Shown here piece after piece: positions 26,673 through 41,189 of a stretch of 64,000 nucleotides of DNA. Source of the DNA: Octopus vulgaris (lineage: Eukaryota). How positions within the stretch are numbered: position 1 is the first letter of the stretch; each line of letters opens with the position of its first letter. The notes under the pieces are model-generated. The model ran no database searches and was not told the DNA's origin. It worked only from the letters and a program-made list of their open reading frames with translations. The stretch is from NCBI GenBank assembly GCA_951406725.2, contig OX597827.1:81096001-81160000 (forward strand), written 5' to 3'. The position numbers and the translations under genes are program-made.

Positions 26673-27348
26673 TCACACACACACACCCACAGCTACATGA
26701 ACAGAGGTACACACATGCACACATAAAGAGGAGGTTTCCTAACGCACACAAAGCTGTATAGAAACACACAGCTATAAACTCACACACACTCTTGATGTTG
26801 TTGTTGATGATGATGATGATGATGATTAAACTATTATTCTGGTTGTTGTTGCTATTGTTGCTGTTAATTGCCTTATTATTGTTATTGTGGTTCCCTGTTG
26901 TTGTTGTTGTTGTTATGATTGATGCTAATCATTGTCGTTGATAACGATGCTAATTCTTGTTGTTGTTGCTACAGTTGTTGATATTGTTGTTGTTGTACCT
27001 CAATATACCACCTCCTCCTCCTCCCATTTGGTACATTAATTACTAATGTTGTTGTTGTTGTTGGTCAGCTCTGATCTGGTAAAACAATGATCAAAGATGT
27101 TCCAGCCATGACAATCCAATCAAAGTGTATCCATGTTATTTAGCAACTAATCTGTCAAGTTGCAAAGAAGCTGAACGAATCAGTAATTTTGAACAATGAA
27201 ACAAAAGGAATGTCTGTGACTAGGTAGACTTTGGTTGAAGAGAAACTTTTTTTGGAGGGGCGGTCATATCTATATCATTTGTTAATACACAGTATTGAAA
27301 GTATTGAAAACTATAAACATATATGTATGTATATGTATGTGTGTGTGC

Positions 27349-27443
<95 letters not shown>

Positions 27444-27902
27444 GTCAATTAATATCCAGAAAAGTGAGAGGTAAATGAGATTTAAGTTTGTTTACAGCTG
27501 TTCCATAATTTATGGTCAGTTACATCATGAGTTCCATTTCAAAAGTGCACACATACATTTTATAAACCTTATATACATATATGTGCACACATACAGTTGC
27601 ATAGTTACATAACAATGTATCAAAGAGACTATTTCACACATCCCAGATCTGCTTCTAATGTACGAGATAGCAACTCATTTGACACTTGATTGGCAAATTG
27701 GAAAAAAAAAATTTTTTAAGTCCTTTGTAAACGAGTTAGCTTTTTAAAAAATTACAGAAACACCGATTGTAAAAAAAATGTTAAAAATCATGCAAAAAAC
27801 ATGCAAAGGAAGGTTTTCATCAGAAACAATTTAGAAGTTCAGATGCAGATTCCCAGACTGTCATCCAGTAAAGATATACATTAAATATAAACCATGAGAT
27901 AT

Positions 27903-28080
27903 AAAAAGTACCCAGTACATTCTGTAAAGTGGTTGGTGTGTTAGGAAGGGCATCCAGTGAGAAAAACTTTATCAATCAAAGCAAATGAGTGGAGTCTGGT
28001 GCAGCCCTCCAGTTTGCTGGCTTCTGTCAAGCCATCCAACCCATGCCAGCATGGAAAGTGGACAATGATGATGATGATGG
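27903..28080 (+). mobile_element. RTE 3' tail fragment
   Basis: ttaggaagggcatccag...ccatccaacccatgccagcatggaaagtggacaatgatgatg. Confidence 0.75.
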
Positions 28081-28146
28081 TGTTGATATATATGTGTGTA
28101 TGTTGTGTGTATGTGAATACATATATACTCACACACACATATATAC

Positions 28147-28189
<43 letters not shown>

Positions 28190-28234
28190 CATATATATAT
28201 ATATATATTATATATATATGTATATATTATATAT

Positions 28235-28285
<51 letters not shown>

Positions 28286-28350
28286 GGGAGTATATCCAAA
28301 CTTACAGGGGAAAATTAGATTTAGGATTAAATCAAATTTCACAGTATAAA

Positions 28351-28671
28351 TATAAATTAAATTAGAGATAAAACCACTATTAGGCAACTCAAACAGTGAT
28401 AGACATACTTATTATATTATATTTATATTATATTTATACTTTTTGGTTAGTTATATTAAAAAAAAAAATTTTTAATTTAAAAATTTAAAAATTAAAAAAA
28501 TATAAATTTAAAAATAAAAAATTTTAATAATTTAAGTTTTAAATTTTATATTTTATATATATATATTATATATTATATTAATTATATTTATTTTTTGTTT
28601 TTTATGTTTTGGTTTATGTCTATCACTGTTTGAGTTGCATAATAATGGTTTTATCTCTAATTTAATTTATA
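28351..28671. repeat. 57-bp inverted repeat around an almost pure A/T spacer
   Basis: 28351-28407 TATAAATTAAATTAGAGATAAAACCACTATTAGGCAACTCAAACAGTGATAGACATA matches the reverse complement of 28615-28671 with 2 mismatches. Confidence 0.9.
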
Positions 28672-28674
28672 TAT

Positions 28675-28728
<54 letters not shown>

Positions 28729-29327
28729 TATATTTTTATGTAAGAAATGGCTGTGTGGCTGGAGGAAAAGTGGTCTGAAGACCCTTTTCAAGGATGCCCT
28801 AGAGTGCTGTGAGCACGGCAGGTAAGTTATTTGCAGGTTAAAGACTTGCCTCAATTCTTAATCCATTAAAGAGCCCTAAGTTCCAGGTGGTGGTGTTTTA
28901 AACTTGGAGATAGATTGAGTCTCTCAACCAAAAGTGGGAATGACCCCTTCCAGCAGACCAGACTTTGACACAATTCCTATCAACTGGATTCCATTGACAT
29001 GGACTTCATTGTTCTGTGACAGAAAATACTTTCTTGAAGAGCTGCCTCATAGTGGTGTGAGCACAAAAGCATTCAGTCGCCATCTCGAACTAACATTTTG
29101 TGAGATGGAACAAGGCTGCTTTCGATGTCCTCTTCCCAATCCTGAAATATAGGGCGAGGCCCTGTGGGTTGTGTTCCTTTGGTTTCATTTATCATTGTAA
29201 GGAAGGGTCCTTAACTATCTCTAGAAGACTCAGACCTATTTATGAGTTGTACCCACGTTTTTTAGACCCTGCATATAGTCATGTACATGCAAATCAAGTT
29301 TCATAGTCCTATATGAAATGTAACCTG

Positions 29328-29479
29328 AAATATAGCCATGGAATATAGCTAAGGAATATAGCCATAGAATATAGCCATGAAATATAGCCATGGAATATAG
29401 CTAAGGAATATAGCCATAGAATATAGCCATGAAATGTAGCTATGAAATATAGCCAAGGAATATAGCTGTGAAATGTAGC
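29328..29479. repeat. 13-bp minisatellite (GAATATAGCCATG), about 12 units, with a 52-bp higher-order repeat
   Basis: aaatatagccatg-gaatatagctaag-gaatatagccata-gaatatagccatg occurs twice exactly. Confidence 0.92.
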
Positions 29480-29755
29480 AACCTTGATAGTGATCAGTGT
29501 TGTTGCTGCTGTTGTTTAGCCCTAGGTCACCCTTGGGGGTGGGGCTGGGGTGAAGATTAAGACAAGCTTCAAAAATATTCCAACCATGGTGGAATGTCTG
29601 AGGAAACATTTATGGTATTTTACGATCATTTAGTTTCTGAGTTCAAATGTCACTGAGGTGGGGATTCCCCTTTCATCCCTGCAGGGTCCATAGAATAAAG
29701 TACCAGTGATATACTGGGATGACTTTGATAAAATATCGTAGATATGAATGAAATT

Positions 29756-29971
29756 CTTTTCTACTCTAGGCACAAGGCCCAAAATTTTTGGGGAGGGGGG
29801 GCAACCGTTTAGATCGACCTCAGCACGCAACTGGTACTTAATTTATCAACCCCGAAAGGATGAAAGGCAAAGTCAACCTTGGTGGAATTTGAACTCAGAA
29901 TGTAAAGACAGACGAAATACTGCTAAGCATTTCACCTGGCGTGCTAACGATTCTGCCATCTCACCACCTTT
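29756..29971 (-). mobile_element. SINE family B variant
   Basis: Reverse complement of family B. TSD GATATGAAT(G/A)AAATT at 29741-29755 and 29972-29986. Confidence 0.88.
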
Positions 29972-30615
29972 GATATGAATAAAATTATAACCGAGGATGA
30001 AGGCATTCCTGTATTTTAGTTAAGCCAAGTGTATCTTGGACTACACTGTATAATGTGCTTTTTATAAAAAAAATATAGAATATGTGTGATATGAAGGAGA
30101 GTTGGCTACTATTTCCAGCTGGTTATTACCCATCTAGTGGATCCATAGACATTGTTTTTATTGATTTAGCAAAAAAAGGTGGAGATTGACCCCTTCTGCA
30201 AAAACTATGGATGGACAGGGATGTTTGTTTTGTTATTATGTAGACCTAGATGAGAGAGAGAGGTGAAGAGAAAGGGATAGAGAGAGAGAGAAAGAGAGGG
30301 AAAGAGAGAGAGGGGAAGAGACGATGTCTAATAATGTGTGTGAAATTAATTTCCTTGTTAATTGGAAAAAAAATTACCAGTTTATAAGAATAGCGTTTTA
30401 CATTTGTGTGTATGCTTGTATGTGTGCTTGTCTGTATATATGTATGTAAATATAGCTCATATACTTGTATATGTAATGTGTATAGAAGCTTGTATAAGTA
30501 TATGAATGTATGTATATAATGTGGATCTGACAATCTATATAGATATAAGAATATATATGCATATGTGTGTATAAATGTATATAAACATATAATGTAAATA
30601 TACATATATATGTAA

Positions 30616-30740
<125 letters not shown>

Positions 30741-30978
30741 AGTACTAAGAATCCGTTGAAATGCTAGTTGTCTTCTCCGTGGAATGCCAATTAGAACTCT
30801 ATGTCATCATGTCATTAGAAACATATGGAAGCTTTACAACTGAATGGCGCCAAATCTTTGGTCTGTGTGGAGACAAAAAACAGGAAGAAATTAATCAGAA
30901 GGGGAGGACGGGGAGTGTCAGTGCTGAAATCTCTCTCTCTCTCTCTCTCTCTCTTTTTTACCTGTCTGTCCGTGTGTG

Positions 30979-31045
<67 letters not shown>

Positions 31046-31162
31046 TATATAAAGGTGTGTTTCTCTCTCTCTCTTCTTTACCTGTATATCTGTGTGTGTG
31101 TGTGTGTATATATATATACACACAAACACTTACTTATATAAAGGTGTGTATATGTATATACA

Positions 31163-31199
<37 letters not shown>

Positions 31200-32353
31200 T
31201 TATAAGTATGTATATATATATATATGTGTGTGTGTGTATATACATATGTATATATATATACAAAATCTTGTTTGCTTACCTATAGAACTTCAGTATGTGT
31301 ATGTGTGCATATATAAAATATAGATACACAGAAGCATGCATACGCACACATTTATAGATACACGCCCCCCCACACACACACACACATCTGAGAACCATAT
31401 TCAGAAATATTTGACTTTGAAGAAGTTTCCTGTAATTCCCTGAAGATTTCAAGAATTGTTTGGATGTTTGGAGACCCACCATTCTAGAATCATTGATAAC
31501 GTATTTGCCAGGGGTTAAATGCAACATAGATGGAGAGATTGAAGACAACAGGGGGCCAATGAGGGAGACTTTAATATTGTCACATGTTCTGCTAGAAATA
31601 GAAGCCATATATCCTTCATTTCACACTTACTATTTTCAAAATGGTGAAGAAGTAGTTTTAGATATGTATGATAACTGGTCATGGGTAAAGGGTCTGTTAC
31701 CATAGGTCCCATCAGGGTTGACTTGAGACAAGTAAAAGCAATAAGGACACATTAGATAATAGTCATGGATATATTATGAATGAATATTTGATGGTCAATG
31801 TTAGGATGTGCTTGACCATTGGTCAACTGGATTTACAATCCTGGACAGATGATGTTTCAAAGCTAAAAACATTTCATGACTGGAATATTTTTGCCCCCAG
31901 GTTTGGTGGTGTATGACTGACCATGGGGCAACAAACAATGACCATCCATAATGAACTGACCAATCAGCTTTCAGTGAATAATTTTAACAGATCATAAATT
32001 CTTGGAGAAAGTAGTAGTGGACATAACTATTTTGACCACAGGTGTGAACGTGGTTGAAACAAATGATATATTTATATACAAGTGCACACACACAAACACA
32101 CACACTAATACTCACTTACACACGCACAGATACATATGTATACATCTATGCATATAAATATATGTATAAATGTGTATATATATATATATATATATACACA
32201 TACATGTGTGTATGTATATGTAAATACGTATATATGGTTGTATTTATGTATATATGTGTACATACATATATATAGTTATATGTGTATATATATATGTTTA
32301 TATATATTTATATATGCATATATATGTATATATACATATATATAAATATATAC

Positions 32354-32386
<33 letters not shown>

Positions 32387-32435
32387 TATATATACATACA
32401 TATATATACATACACATATATATACATATATACAT

Positions 32436-32511
<76 letters not shown>

Positions 32512-32626
32512 GATGATCCGGTTCTTGACTGAAGACTGAGGGTTTCGAATGTCCTGTCCGTGTTTATTGTATCGTCTTCTAAGAGTTATACGTTCTTGTC
32601 CATGTTGTATTTTTCTACATACCTTA

Positions 32627-32669
<43 letters not shown>

Positions 32670-32862
32670 TGCACACATACATATATGCACACATACATAT
32701 ATGCACACATACATATATGTATGTATATACATACATACATTTACATACTGTACTCTGCTATCTTGCCTTGATTTCCTTTCGGCTTAATTTTGCATTTATT
32801 CCTTTTATATATAAATTTATATATTTTGTGTGAGATTGTAAGTTTGTATCTATGTGTGTGTG

Positions 32863-32896
<34 letters not shown>

Positions 32897-34522
32897 CATG
32901 TCCATATCGTATGTGAGTGTGCCAGCATAGAAGATGGACATTAAATGATGATACAATGATGATGACAATGATGATGATGATGTGTTGTGTGTGACAAGAT
33001 AAACCAAGTTGATTTTATTTAATAATTCATATTTTTACATATGTTTCAGTGGTACAAAGTAGACATAGCCACTTTGTGAGATGGAGAATGTTCAGAATTG
33101 GTCACTGAATATATTTATATAATCAGAGTTAACAAACCATAAACAGTAAAAGACATTCTTCTGCAGGCTTTTCTGGCCAATAAACTCTGATTCATTTGTC
33201 GTTTGTCTTTCAGTTTTATTATACAGACCCCATGTCTGCTCAGAACTCTTTTTGCCAGACCCTTAGCATAAAAATAACTTTAGTGACAGACTCTCTAATT
33301 TATTGAACTGTCTCCATCTGAAGAAATGCTAGTGCTTTTAGCTTCATCTGGTGGTGGAGCCTTGGTACAAGAGCTGTTGGGTTTTGCAGCATGGGGCACC
33401 ACTCCCTAGCCACTGTTGTTCCCAAATTTACTCTAAGCCAGAGTAGCACCTCTTAGAAGCCCAGTTGACTAGTAAGTGAGTCACCCACTTGGAACCCAGG
33501 CTGTGTCTACTCTGAGAATTGCCAGTGACTTGCTCAGTGAATCCTCTGTGATGGTCGACAACCAATGGCAAGATCCACCACTCTGGATCACACTCTGCAG
33601 GCTTGTGACTTGGTGCCACATGTGAAATTGTATTCCTACTGAAATTCCAAACAAGAATTCTATGCCTCAACAACGAATGGCAACTTCAGCATTTGTCAAA
33701 TTTGCAAACTGGGATTTTGGACCCCAGGCAGAAGCAATATTTTGCCTGCTCAGACCTAAGGGCTGGCCATTGGTTGTGGTGGTCACCATTCATGAGGAAC
33801 ATGGTTAACTCATTGGTTGGGACTGGCTCGACCCACTCTGGACGAATGCTACCTCAAGCACAAGTAAGTGGAGGAAGAAGCGACATTAATCTTATACCAA
33901 TTAAACATAAATATATGAAATATTAAATAAATGAGTCTTGTGATTCTCTTGTTCTACTCTCATTGTATGGCAGTCCTTGGATATTGCTGCCTGTACACCC
34001 GTGTCATATTGATTTGAATTTATTTTCCAGGTGGATACAAAGGACTGTAATGGATTATATGGGATTCTAAATAAATGTTTAAAGGTAGCTCAATACCAGA
34101 CAAGATGAATGTGTGTGTGTGTGTGTGTGATGGAGGCACCATGATTGGTGTTGCGTATGCATTTGTGGCATTCATACTTTCCATTTTATATATTTTCCAT
34201 TTGAATTTGCTTCAGAGTCATTTAATTATTTTAATTATTCAGTGAGTAATTTCACTGAATAAAACATCGTTAAGACAATTTGAGATGCATTTTGTGAAGC
34301 TTGCAGGTGTCTAGTTCCCTCTCACCCCACCAAAAAAAATTCATATATACACCCTCACACAAAGGCACAAATATGCTACATATATATGTGTGTGCATGTG
34401 TGTGTATATATATATATATATATACACATTGAAAGTTTCAAATGAATATATAGACTCTATTAAATGGATTGAGTACTCTTTTGTCTAGTTGGTACATTCC
34501 AATATGTGTACATATATGTATG

Positions 34523-34563
<41 letters not shown>

Positions 34564-35047
34564 TAGATATATGTATATACATACATACATACATACATGG
34601 ATTGTGAGAAAGAATTAAAGATGTACGTAAACCATTGTTTTGTATATAAATGAATCCATCTATTATGTGTAAATAAAGATTTTTTTCCTATATTTGTGTC
34701 TGGAGCTTCTTATTGTCTTATTGTCACCAAATGATGAATAAAACAGCAACGTATTGGTCAGTTATGGTCAATATTGGTCATAATGATATTGGTGAGTCAC
34801 TTTACAGTAGTCTGAGTAGCAGCTATGGAGGGCTTGACCAGTGTCTCTAGGTTCGGTCAGTGTAGTTCCCCTGTTGGCCTTTGGTCAGTATTTGATGAAG
34901 AGAGGCATGAAAACAACAGTAGCAACAACAACAACAACAACGATGACAACAACAAGAACAACAAAAACAATAACAACAGCAACAACAACAATTTGTTTAA
35001 ATATTTAAGAGAAGAAAGTTCAAGTTAGCACAAACCTAACAACAATA

Positions 35048-35140
<93 letters not shown>

Positions 35141-35555
35141 AACACATTTGCACAGTGTACCAAAAATATATTTTAGAAATTGTATTCTTATCATTGAAGA
35201 ATTCCTCCAAAGTTGTTTTAAGAACTGACAACAACAGCAGCAACAATGTATTATGGAAATCCGATAAATTCATAAAAATAGAACAAAGAAACATTTTAAA
35301 TCCTGTGTGACTCATATATAAATGCACACAGACACTTGGTGACTTGTATATATTTATAGTGTGGGTGAGGAGGGGGGGACATAATGCATACATATAGTGC
35401 ATATGTATATATATGTGTGTGTGTGTGTGTGTATAAATATAGTGTATATATTTATATATTATATATGTATACATATAGTGCATATATATATATATATATA
35501 TGTATACATATAGTATATACATATATATTTATATAGTATATATTATATATATATG

Positions 35556-35660
<105 letters not shown>

Positions 35661-35762
35661 TACATACATGTATTTTCATACAAATATATTTATGTACATA
35701 CATATATGCATGCATAGATTCATATATATATTTAAATATATACATGCACATGTGTGTATATA

Positions 35763-35770
<8 letters not shown>

Positions 35771-35798
<28 letters not shown>

Positions 35799-36103
35799 TG
35801 TATGTATGTATGTATGTATGTATGTATGTATGTATGTATGTATGTATGTATGTATGTATGTATGTATGTATGTATGTATGTATGTATGTATGTATGTATG
35901 TATGTATGTATGTATGTATGTATGTATGTATGTATGTATGTATGTATGTATGTATGTATGTATGTATGTATGTATGTATGTATGTATGTATGTATGTATG
36001 TATGTATGTATGTATGTATGTATGTATGTATGTATGTATGTATGTATGTATGTATGTATGTATGTATGTATGTATGTATGTATGTATGTATGTATGTATG
36101 TAT
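35771..36103. repeat. Perfect (TATG)n tetranucleotide microsatellite, about 330 bp
   Basis: Direct inspection. It is the source of the MYVC and HTYI ORFs. Confidence 0.97.
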
Positions 36104-36178
36104 TCATATGTGTAGTATATTTTCACATATATATATTTATATATATGTATAAATTTGTGTATGTGTATATATATATTT

Positions 36179-36221
<43 letters not shown>

Positions 36222-36804
36222 GAGACAGAGAGAGGGAGAGATACATATATATATGTATATGGTTATGCATCTGTATATATGTATGTATGTGTGTGTGTAC
36301 ATGACTCTGTATGTATAGGGTCTGTGTGTAATTGGTGTATGAAATTAATATCTGCTGTGACTTTTAAAAATGAACCAATTCTTAAGAAATAAATGTTTTT
36401 ATTTTCCAAACAGACGTCTATATTTATAAAATTAATGTTTATTTTCCAAATGACCATCACTGCCAATGGCACATTCCTCATCTCCAGGCTGCTGGAAGAG
36501 ATTCTCGTAAACTTTAATGTGAAACACCTGAATTCCCAGATTGTTTTCTTTTGGCGCTCATTGCCATTATTGCAGAAATGATTGGAAAGTCTGTTCATAA
36601 AGCAAAACTATAGAAATGAGTCTGGAACTGCAGAGAATCCCCAAATCTTGCTGTTCGTTTTACTTCCTCACATCTACCAATTCTTTGCAACTCATGCTTT
36701 GCTGGAATCAGTTCCCAGCATCTTTTCAGTACTGTTCTTCCTCTTCAAGTTCTGGCAGCAAAGATGTATCTCACCAACCCAGGCTAGAAATCTCTGTCCA
36801 CTTT

Positions 36805-36990
36805 TAGCACCCACTACGCTCTGTAAAGCGGTCGGTGTTCGGAAGGGGATCCAGCTGTAAAAAACTTTGCCAAAACAGAAAATGCTGCCTGGTCTGCTGT
36901 TGTCAAACTGTCCCAGTTCCCAGCTGTTGTCAAACTGTCCAACCCATGACAGCAGGGAGAGGCGGACATTAAATGATGATGATGATGACA
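36805..36990 (+). mobile_element. RTE 3' tail fragment
   Basis: agcacccactacgctctgtaaagcggtcggtgttcggaaggggatccagctgt...ggacattaaatgatgatg. Confidence 0.7.
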
Positions 36991-38159
36991 TTATTGCATG
37001 TATATACATATACACACACATTTGCACAATATAATGAAAATATATTTTAGAAATTGTATTCTTATTGAAGAGTTCATCCAAATTGTAGATATTGCATTTC
37101 TCACTCAAAAACCTGAATATAGCAAAAGGAATTCTGATTTCTGTTAGGAAGCAGAAGTCTTCAAAATATAACATTCAATATGGCCTGGAGTTCTGCACCG
37201 TAAAAGCGGTCAGCAATGCTCACCCTGTGCTGTGCAACAATAGCAGAGATGGATGGAATGTGTCTGCCTACCTTGACTTTGGTTTGAGCTGAAGCCACAA
37301 GATGCTTTGAGTCCTCATGGGAAACCGGGAACCCTGAAGAAGGTAAGTCTTGTTGAGTTTGAAATATTTGAAAGATGTTTTAAAGTGTTGTACAGATTGG
37401 TTAATCCCTTGGGTACAAAGAAGTCAGTGTTACCCTCAGCAACATTCATTGGGAATATGTTGTCGAATAACATGGAAGGATCCAAGTTTACTGAGACTGT
37501 GATAGCCGGGAGTTATTAGCTCTTCTAAAAATAGTCAGAAGAAAGACTGAAGCATCTTTAACGAATGCTCTCCATTAATTGTATCAATATAATAAAAGGA
37601 GCTATCAAGTATCCATTTTGAATTTCTGCTCACTCAGTGAAACCTGAACAAGATGCTTGTTTGCGTTAACTAATAGATATCCAGTTGCACAATTAACACA
37701 CCATTGTTCCTATTAACAGATCAATATAAAGGCTGCTTCGACTGACCATACAATTTGATCAAATACATTTCACTCACTATGAATCATTATTCCTCTCAGG
37801 TTAACTCTCCAACCTTTATTCTCTTCATTTCAGGTTTTTGCATTCTGCTCTTGGAATGTTTCAGCTTTAGAAATTTGATAATGTTTGAAATTATTTTATA
37901 TTGTTGAGTCAGTCTCAATGACATTTCACTGGTTGTTGGAGGTTAATCAATAATCAAATCTATCATTAGTCACTGGTTTGCCTCAGCTGAGAGGTAAACA
38001 AATCAGTCAAACCACACGACTCTCAGTCATTTCCAACTTGTTTCACGAGTCAAACCATGGCCGACTCTCAGACTTTTGCAACTCACTACCATCTTTTGGT
38101 GAATGCTGTTTTAATTATGCCACCCAGTTGCATCTTGAGACAAAATCTAAAAAGCCAAA

Positions 38160-38290
38160 TGTTGCTGTGTGGTAAGAAGCTTGCTTCCCAACAACATGGT
38201 TCTAGGTTCAGTCCCACTGCATGGCACCTTGCCACTAAAGCCTCAGGCTGACCAAAACATTGTGAATGGGATTGGTAGACAGTAACTGGA
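38160..38290 (+). mobile_element. SINE family A head fragment
   Basis: gctgtgtggtaagaagcttgcttccc...aggttcagtcccactgcatggcacc. Confidence 0.75.
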
Positions 38291-38294
38291 TCTA

Positions 38295-38875
38295 CTCCTT
38301 CCACATGTTCTATCTATAATTAGAGATCAGCACCTCTTGATGCAGCTGTCTCTGTTCATATGCATTACATGGCCATACCAGCAGTCTTCTCCCTTGCACA
38401 CTACATCTGATGCCCCATAAACCGAGTTTTTCTCTCAAATCACTTACACTCTGTTCAAATCACTTACACTTACACTCTGATATTACCCATCCAGCAGAGC
38501 ATTCTGGCTTCATTTCTTTCAAGCCTTTCCATATCCTCAGTAGTCACAACCCATGTCCCATTACCATGTAGCATAGCTGTTCATACACCAGCATCATACA
38601 ACCTACCTTTCACTCTGAGGAAGAGGCCTTTCATTACAAACAAAGGTAACAGCTCTCTGAACTTTACCAAGCCTATTCTTATTCTAGCAGCTATGCTTTT
38701 GGGACAACTTCCCCGCTGCTAACTTGGTCACCTAAGTAACTGAAGCTGTCTACTACTTCTAGGGGTCCCCAATGACATTTGAGGGAGTCTGTTTTTTACC
38801 TTCCTTTACTTGTGGTGCCTCTGCCATGTAAAGACTACTTTCTTCCAGTGATTTTGCAATACCTCTTACGTGTTC
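38295..38875 (-). mobile_element. RTE-clade LINE ORF2 fragment
   Basis: The minus strand gives VVDSFSYLGDQVSS and IAARIRIGLVKFRELLPLF...LRVKGRLYDAGV, homologous to the 13100 copy. Confidence 0.85.
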
Positions 38876-38959
38876 TTTATGCTCTGAGTTCAAATTTTAC
38901 TGAGGTTGACTTTGCCTTTCAGATTAATAAAAGTGAACCAGAGTGAGATGGTGATAGAA

Positions 38960-39031
<72 letters not shown>

Positions 39032-39692
39032 GCTACATGAAGATTGTTGGTAAGGAGGCTGAATATAAACAGCATGAGTGATGTGATAGAGGGAAGAGAG
39101 AGTGAGAGGAGAGGAACGGGGTGATGGTAAAAGAGTGGAGGGGGGTCAGTGATGAGAGATGTCAACAACGACTGATACAGAAGAGTAATGTGACATAAAG
39201 AGTGAGGGCAGCAATAGAGATGAGTTATAGAGATTCATCATGAGTGATGTACTTCTCTATTCATTCTCAGTCACAGCTTGATCAGGCTTTACTGAAGAAA
39301 ATTTATAAGACTGAAACATATCTAAAGTTGTCCTCCCACAACTAAAAATCCCACTCACTTCCCCATTCCACGGCCTATTTCATTTATTTTAATTTATTAA
39401 CATTTATTGGCTGTCTCTTATGGCACTTTTTACCAGAAATAATAATTTAATTAATAATTATTCTCTGCATTAAAGGTAATATTTTAATTAATTAGAATTT
39501 CTTGGTTTATTACATCAAATTAGTTTTCACTCTAATGTTTAGCTATTGTTGTTGTTCAGCCTCAGGTCAGTTCTGGTTGAGTAAACTTGTTAAAAAAGAC
39601 TGTCCAAACAGGACCATACCATTGAGTTATATATCTTGGACTACACTGTATGATGAGTTCTTCATTTTGTTAATATAGTTCAGGGACTCTGT

Positions 39693-39837
39693 CTGCTATT
39701 TCTAGCAGGCTGTGTGACCATGTAGTGGCAAATAGTTATTATTGCTTCACCCCAGGTTAGTACTGCTATTTCTAGCAGGCTGTGTGACCATGTAGTGGCT
39801 AATTGTTATTATTGTTTAACCCCAGGTTAGTACTGCT
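39693..39837. repeat. 70-bp tandem duplication (2 copies) in a family E repeat
   Basis: ctgctatttctagcaggctgtgtgaccatgtagtggc...ccccaggttagta starts at 39693 and again at 39763. Confidence 0.9.
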
Positions 39838-40410
39838 CCAGCAAGTACTTTTTTGAAACTGGCTGAAACTGGTTTAACACTATTATGACAAGGACAATAA
39901 CAATTTAAGATCAAAGAAATGGTACTGAGTTGGAAGGGCCAGAAGAACTGGTTGGTGAAGGGCATGGATGGAGAAGCAAAATGGAGGCCTAGAGGAGGAA
40001 AGATATGTGCGAAAGGTGGTGTGGGTTGGAGGTTGTTGTGAAGAACAGAGACCATTGTAGTAGTGGTAAAAGAGATAAAGTGAGGAGCCAATGATGTCTG
40101 TGAGTCAGAGATTGGAGTCTGTTAATGAGTGGCTCAGAGTCAATCAATAAGAAGGATTTCTATGAGGTTTCATGTTGTGTGTTTTGTGTGAAGCAAAACC
40201 ACTTCCATCAATGTGGGAATTTGGGACAGTGCAAAGGTCCCTTTTCTGGGACGGGTTTCCTGCATTGTGGATCTCACCTGAGCTCTGTTGGGGGTGGGGG
40301 GAAAAAGTTGTAGGGGTCAGAGACAAAGTATTTTCTGTCTCTGAGAAGGAAGGGCTGATTGTTGTTGTTGTTGTTTAACCCCAGGCCAGCCCCGTTTTGA
40401 TCAGACTGAT

Positions 40411-40905
40411 CTTTCCTCTTTTGTCTTTTACTTGTTTCAGTCATTAGACTGTGGCCATGCTGGGGCACCACCTTGAAGAAATTTCAGTCGAATGAATCAA
40501 GTCCAGGATTTAATATTTTTAAAGCCTTGTACTTATTCTATTGGTCTCTTTTACTGAACTGCTAAGTCACGTGGACTTAAATATACTAACACCAGTTATC
40601 AATCGATGGTGGAGCTAATCAACCACAAAGACACACACACACATACACACAAAGACACACACAAACATACACATACAAAGACACACATACAAACACACAC
40701 AAAGACATACATACAAGTACATACACACAAGCACACACACAAGATGGGCTTCTTTCAGTTTCCCTCTATTAGATCCACTTACAAGGCTTTGGTCAGCCCA
40801 AGGCTATAGTAGAAGACATTTGCTCAAGGTGCCAAGCAGTGGGACAGAACCTGGAACCCTGTGGTTGGGAAGTGAACCTCTTACCACACAGTCAAGCGTG
40901 TGCCT
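40411..40905 (-). mobile_element. SINE family A, full length, diverged
   Basis: cttttacttgtttcagtcattagactgtggccatgctgggg...gtgggacagaacctggaaccctgtggttggg. Confidence 0.85.
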
Positions 40906-41157
40906 GACGAAAATCCCTGAACCCTCTCCGTCGTGTCTCATGCAGAGGGAACTAAGGCTCTCCTTCTCCAATATGGCCTTTTGTGAGTTGATAGGGTGTG
41001 ATTTGAGGGAGATTCGGCTGCTATTCAGATGCTCCCTCATTGGCTCCTGTCTAGAATAGGGGACAGTTTATAGTTTGAATTGTAGCAGTAATGTGTCTGT
41101 CTGTATGTCTCAGGGCCACAAACTATTTCTGATGTTGTGAGGTGAAGGGGGAAGGGT

Positions 41158-41189
<32 letters not shown>

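Noticed and set aside
32510-32625. CTGAAGA...CGAATGTC hammerhead-like string (similar cases at about 43843-43878 minus, 27490-27535 minus and 48642-48700)
   Set aside because: GAAA or CTGANGA is broken and the stems cannot be paired convincingly. They may be PLE relics but are not supportable.
33300-33890. GC-richer block with a faint Cys/His knuckle pattern on the minus strand (LINE ORF1?); similar faint LINE-like blocks at 28750-29300, 39880-41130 and 46830-47120
   Set aside because: The motifs are too degenerate to assign by eye.
37148-37341. Possible exon (ttctgttAG ... AAG|GTAAGT)
   Set aside because: There are stop codons in all three frames and no other support.
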